A DNA stretch of 64,000 nucleotides from positions 1 to 64,000 of the forward strand of contig CAWCYI010000001.1 of assembly GCA_963799845.1 (NCBI GenBank), read 5' to 3'. Below the pieces are notes generated by a model. That model was not told the DNA's origin. It searched no databases and worked only from the letters and a program-made list of their open reading frames with translations. A program made the position numbers and the translations under genes. This DNA is from an uncultured Nitrososphaerota archaeon. GTDB taxonomy: Archaea; Thermoproteota; Nitrososphaeria; Nitrososphaerales; CADDZS01. Shown here in pieces: positions 59,846 through 64,000 of this stretch. The first letter of the stretch is position 1. Every line of letters begins with the position of its first letter.

Positions 59846-60283
59846 CTACTTTGGAGTGATTTTTATCGCAAGTGTGGGACAGACCGTTTCGCAAGCCATG
59901 CAGTAGATGCAATCGGCTTCCCTGATCGGATCAATCTTGTCGGTCCTGAACTGTTGCCATTGTTCTGAACCTTGTTCGATCTTGACATCATTACCTGAAC
60001 CGCCCTGGCCATCTCCTCTGAGGAACCATCCAAAGACGTTGACCGGGCATACATCTGAACACTGTCCATCTGCGATGCATGCCTCCCAGTCCACTGCAAC
60101 CCAGGTTCCATGGATTCCGAAAGACGTTGGATAGGGATTACCATTCGCGTCCATTCTCTGAATTCCTTCTGCCCTTACATCGTGTCCCTCGTGAGTACCG
60201 GTGATAGGATACTCTGAAGTCTTTGACATAAAGTCCCCGTCAATAGGCTTCGGTTTGAAGTCGAGTGCAGAAAGTTCAACCAT
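59846..60283 (-). CDS. zfx: Zinc-containing dicluster ferredoxin
   Basis: THEGH..GIHGT.V.VD zinc ligands; CIADGQC..CP and CIYCMAC..CP. Confidence 0.88.
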   Translation of the reverse strand: MVELSALDFKPKPIDGDFMSKTSEYPITGTHEGHDVRAEGIQRMDANGNPYPTSFGIHGTWVAVDWEACIADGQCSDVCPVNVFGWFLRGDGQGGSGNDVKIEQGSEQWQQFRTDKIDPIREADCIYCMACETVCPTLAIKITPK

Positions 60284-60483
60284 TTCTAGGCTACACTATT
60301 CAGACCCTCTCTTGAATTGCAATATATAATGTTGACCGTGTCGTATTGGGTCTCGTGACCAGATTTCTTCTTTGATTGTAATCCGTCCAGAAAAAATGAG
60401 AAATTTTCGTGAATGATTACTCAGTTACTGACATGCTGAACTGCAGGCGTAGAATTAGTTGTCTGGGCGATGGACAACTTGGA

Positions 60484-61509
60484 TTACTTTAGTTCAAAAA
60501 TTATTGCTGTCAATTCAGTCACGATCGAAGACTTGCCGGGAATTCTCAGATTTGCTTCCATGTCGCGCTGTTTTGCAATATTGTTCGGCGGACTCGTCGC
60601 GGGTTCGATCGCGATGTTCCAGGCCGCTCCGTAATAGGGATAATCGGGAAGGTTGTAGTTTTGCCAGAACCACACCCACGGAAATACAGATGCGTCCCAT
60701 TCCAGCCTGAAGCTCAAGTTTAATTTAGGATTCGTCAGTGTGTACCACCCCTCTTTGACACTGATAAATGCGGTTTCTTCAGCCACCAACTCTCGCGATG
60801 GAATCTCGCTAAGGTCAATTTCATTCCCTTTGCGCGATTTAGCAATCGGCCATTGAAATTTGCCGCCCGCTATCCTACCGTTTGGATTTATCTCCTCAAT
60901 GTTATCAATTGAACTGCTCGGGGGCAGATCGATCTTGTTTCCAGCGTGCAAGAACGGTTCGCCAAATGAAGGATGCTGAAGCCAGAAAAATTCGAGCGTT
61001 TGCGGGCTCTTGTTTGATAACTTTTCACTGATGTCTAGTTTCGCTTCATCCTTGTTGATTTTTACGGTCTTCTCCAGTTTGAATGGATACCTTATTCCTT
61101 CAACGCTCAAGTTTGCAGAAACTGTGTCACCCTCTTCCTGCTCGATGGTGCAGTTCCATTGCAATACGGGCGACTCACCGTGGGTACCATACTTTGCTCC
61201 TCGATGTTCTTGCGGCCCATTTCCGATGACGGGAAGCGCATCCTGCCATCCACCGCCATAAAGATCGTTGAAGCTTGATTCTGAAGTTGCAATGGGCTGT
61301 ACATACTCCTTAGGATTTACGTATCCCGGCGGAGAGTGCCACATCAAATCTAGATCTAACGGTTTGTATTTTAGTTCGATCACATCCGCCCCCTTGTCTA
61401 GAAGGTAAACGATCCTGATGAGCCGGTTTTCGAGAATGAGTGTCCGCATTCCTTTGTAATGCCAGTCAAGACTAGCGTGCGCTTGGCTCATCAGAAATTT
61501 TTCTTCCAT
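60484..61509 (-). CDS. Aldose 1-epimerase / DUF4432 family protein
   Basis: YGGGWQD, THGE, LQHPSFG, IAIEP (galactose mutarotase-like fold motifs). Confidence 0.82.
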   Translation of the reverse strand: MEEKFLMSQAHASLDWHYKGMRTLILENRLIRIVYLLDKGADVIELKYKPLDLDLMWHSPPGYVNPKEYVQPIATSESSFNDLYGGGWQDALPVIGNGPQEHRGAKYGTHGESPVLQWNCTIEQEEGDTVSANLSVEGIRYPFKLEKTVKINKDEAKLDISEKLSNKSPQTLEFFWLQHPSFGEPFLHAGNKIDLPPSSSIDNIEEINPNGRIAGGKFQWPIAKSRKGNEIDLSEIPSRELVAEETAFISVKEGWYTLTNPKLNLSFRLEWDASVFPWVWFWQNYNLPDYPYYGAAWNIAIEPATSPPNNIAKQRDMEANLRIPGKSSIVTELTAIIFELK

Positions 61510-61603
61510 AATCCAGAATTTAACTGTAACACGAAAACGAATTTGATTTGCTTGAGAAATTGATAAAGAAGTATATCTTTTCCCGGTGAATTAGTGGGCA
61601 AAG

Positions 61604-62383
61604 TTGTCATCGTTCGAATCTGAATTACTGGGACTTGCAGGAAAGTCTGCAATCGTAACTGGAGCCGCCGGTGGAATCGGAGGGGCTGAAACAAGGCTTT
61701 TTTCGAAATTGGGGGTAAATGTCGTTGCGGTAGATCTTGAATTCAAAGAGGCTTTTGATTCGCAGACACCCGGGAAGGTTGTAGCCCTAAGAGCCGATGT
61801 CTCAGATTACAGCGCGGCGGAGAAAGCAGTCAAAAACTGCGTGGATGAATTTGGTGCTCTGGACATTCTAGTAAACAATGCCGCGGTGAATAAGGGTGGC
61901 ACAATCTTGGACTACAAGCCTGAGGAGTGGGAGAGGACACTTGCCGTAAATATCAGCGGTTGTCGGAATTTCGCTCGGGCTGCTGCTCTAGAAATGAAAA
62001 AGAAAATGTCTGGGAGAATCATCAACACCTCGTCTGTAGACGGAATCATGGCGGAACCTGGAATACTCGCATATTCGGCATCAAAAGGGGCGATAATCAT
62101 AATGACAAAATGCATGGCCTTGGAACTCGCCCCATTCGGAATTACCGTTAACTCGATAGCTCCAGGTTGGTGCGACACAGTGTTTGGAACCGGTATGCTA
62201 GATGCCGATTCTCGAAGACTTGTGAAAAAGAGGATCCCGCTAGGTCACATTGCTCGCACTGAAGAAATCGCGAGGGGAACGGTGTTTCTTGCCTCTGACC
62301 TGTCGATGTATATGACTGGTCACATACTGGTCGTCGATGGCGGATTGACTTCAGACATTAGCATTCCTGACCTGAAGTATTGA
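61604..62383 (+). CDS. Short-chain dehydrogenase/reductase
   Basis: TGAAGGIG, LVNNAA, YSASK, PG, VDGG. Confidence 0.93.
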   Translation: MSSFESELLGLAGKSAIVTGAAGGIGGAETRLFSKLGVNVVAVDLEFKEAFDSQTPGKVVALRADVSDYSAAEKAVKNCVDEFGALDILVNNAAVNKGGTILDYKPEEWERTLAVNISGCRNFARAAALEMKKKMSGRIINTSSVDGIMAEPGILAYSASKGAIIIMTKCMALELAPFGITVNSIAPGWCDTVFGTGMLDADSRRLVKKRIPLGHIARTEEIARGTVFLASDLSMYMTGHILVVDGGLTSDISIPDLKY

Positions 62384-62461
62384 AAAGAACCGATCAGTCG
62401 AATAACGAGCGAAATCAATCATCACGAAGAGTAATTCAAAAAATGTTTATTACACGTCGGA

Positions 62462-64000
62462 ATGGGGTCGGACTTTAAGTTGATTTCACGAAAGGGTATA
62501 GTTACAATTTCTCTGCTACTTTTGTTCGCTGCATCCACGCTGGTCGCGCTACTGGGTTCACCGGCCGTTGCCGAGGCAAGTTCGCCCTCTCGGGGGGGCA
62601 CTCTTGTGATGGCTTTGCCAAACACTATCGACACGTTCAACCAATTGCAGACTAATTCCTACCAAGCTTGGTACTTCAATCAGTTGATGTATCCGGATAA
62701 TGGAGTGCCGACCGCGACCGGGCTTGTTCATGTCGCGGTTCAAGATTACTGGTCGAATGCAAATGCCACCGTATGGTACTTCCGCGTTACTCCGGGTATG
62801 ACGTGGTCTGACGGTGTTCCAGCCAATGCGACTGATCTTGCATTTTCCTTACAAGTAATGTTTTCAAGTTACCCGAAATGGGGCGGGTCCACTTCGTTAT
62901 CTGGATATGCTTCACTACTGAATGGGAACATAACGAACGCCATAAAAATTGATAACTCGTCCGTCGTAGAGGTTGATTTCAAGCAACCCTTCGGATTGTT
63001 TGGTGACATCGCTGGGACTGAAAATACTCCAAACTTTACGCCGGAACACATCTGGTCGGACCTGATCAACAATACTGCTGCCCCACCGGTTAATTTTGGA
63101 ACTGTTGTTGGAGTAGGACCGTTTTATGTCTCAGATTTCCATCAGGGAGATCAGCAGATAACCCTCCTTCCAAATTCATACGGGACTCCATGGGGCGGAA
63201 ATGCGAAAGGAGTTCCATATTTGAGTCAGATCGTGGTTCAGCTCGTGCCTTCCAGCTCTAGTTTGGCGTTACTGCTTCAGGGTGGGCAAGTTGATGCCGC
63301 ACAACTTCAACCGAGCGATGTTGCAGGAATTCTTTCAAATCCCAATATTCAGGTCTCGGCGACAAACGGAACTGGCTTATGGTACATCGAGTTCCCTGCT
63401 GAAACTTATCCATACAACATGACTGCTTTCAGACAGGCGATGGGATACGGCATTGACCGAAATGCACTGGTAACGAGTGCTCTGGCCGGATACGGCTCCC
63501 CGGGCACATCCGCATTTATCCCTCCTTCAAACTCGCCAGAGTATAATTCTAGCGTGCCGAGTTATGCATTCAATACGAACACGTCCCAGAGCCTTTTGCA
63601 GGGTCTCGGATTTAAAATGTCAAATGGATATTACACGCTGCCCAACGGGACTACCTTTGAGCCGCCTGTTTACGTTCCTTCAGATGTCGGAGCCGATATC
63701 GTACTCGCGGGCACTCTAGTCGTGCGCGACCTGCAGGCTATTGGAATCGACGCGCAGCTTCGCACAATTGCAGACACATCGATGTCCTCAATCTGGTACC
63801 AGGGAATCAACATGTACTTTGAACAACAGAACTTCGGCTATCCCAACAGCGAACTTCTCACTGATGAGAGCTTCTATTCATATTTCACGACAGCTGGCCC
63901 CACGCAGACATACGCGTTCGCGAATGCTTCAATAGCTTCGGAATACAATGCAACCGTCGCACAATTGGAGTCAGCAGGAAATCAGAGCCAAAGATACCAA
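62462..64000 (+). CDS. ABC transporter substrate-binding protein, family 5 (truncated by the window end)
   Basis: Signal/TM segment, then GGTLVMA..DTFN, WSDGVP..ATD..FS, VGVGPF, FRQAM.YGIDR; open to 64000. Confidence 0.88.
   Translation, partial: MGSDFKLISRKGIVTISLLLLFAASTLVALLGSPAVAEASSPSRGGTLVMALPNTIDTFNQLQTNSYQAWYFNQLMYPDNGVPTATGLVHVAVQDYWSNANATVWYFRVTPGMTWSDGVPANATDLAFSLQVMFSSYPKWGGSTSLSGYASLLNGNITNAIKIDNSSVVEVDFKQPFGLFGDIAGTENTPNFTPEHIWSDLINNTAAPPVNFGTVVGVGPFYVSDFHQGDQQITLLPNSYGTPWGGNAKGVPYLSQIVVQLVPSSSSLALLLQGGQVDAAQLQPSDVAGILSNPNIQVSATNGTGLWYIEFPAETYPYNMTAFRQAMGYGIDRNALVTSALAGYGSPGTSAFIPPSNSPEYNSSVPSYAFNTNTSQSLLQGLGFKMSNGYYTLPNGTTFEPPVYVPSDVGADIVLAGTLVVRDLQAIGIDAQLRTIADTSMSSIWYQGINMYFEQQNFGYPNSELLTDESFYSYFTTAGPTQTYAFANASIASEYNATVAQLESAGNQSQRYQ

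Overview
64 kb of core chromosome from an archaeon. The 16S rRNA 5' end (ACTCCGGTTGATCCTGCCGGACCTGACTGCTATCAG; 515 site GTGTCAGCCGCCGCGGTAA) and the gene content point to Nitrososphaerota/Thaumarchaeota. It is probably a basal, heterotrophic lineage (inference; ammonia oxidation cannot be judged from this window). Contents: 5' half of a 16S gene; amino-acid and peptide catabolism (FTCD, three class I aminotransferases, OCD/AlaDH, an Ord-like amine dehydrogenase, PepF, M20 enzymes, TldD/E); a dispersed 2-oxoacid dehydrogenase complex with LipB; the archaeal modified mevalonate module (AcnX large and small subunits plus UbiD); A-type ATP synthase subunits K and I; a GINS-MCM-Hel308-RtcB / RFC-HisS replication cluster; a zinc ferredoxin; and the start of a sugar/peptide ABC module. 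Six genes, including essential mcm and hisS, carry single-base frameshifts and one has an in-frame TGA, most likely long-read assembly errors. I saw no CRISPR array, tRNA, transposase or prophage. The least explained elements are a 540-bp non-coding region with a 10-bp-phased AGCT array, a DDN-like/methyltransferase fusion preceded by a decayed GT2 gene fragment, an unannotated convergent pair of small zinc-finger ORFs, a PAC4-like/UbiD fusion and an M20 enzyme with a non-canonical metal site. All family assignments come from motif recognition, not database searches.
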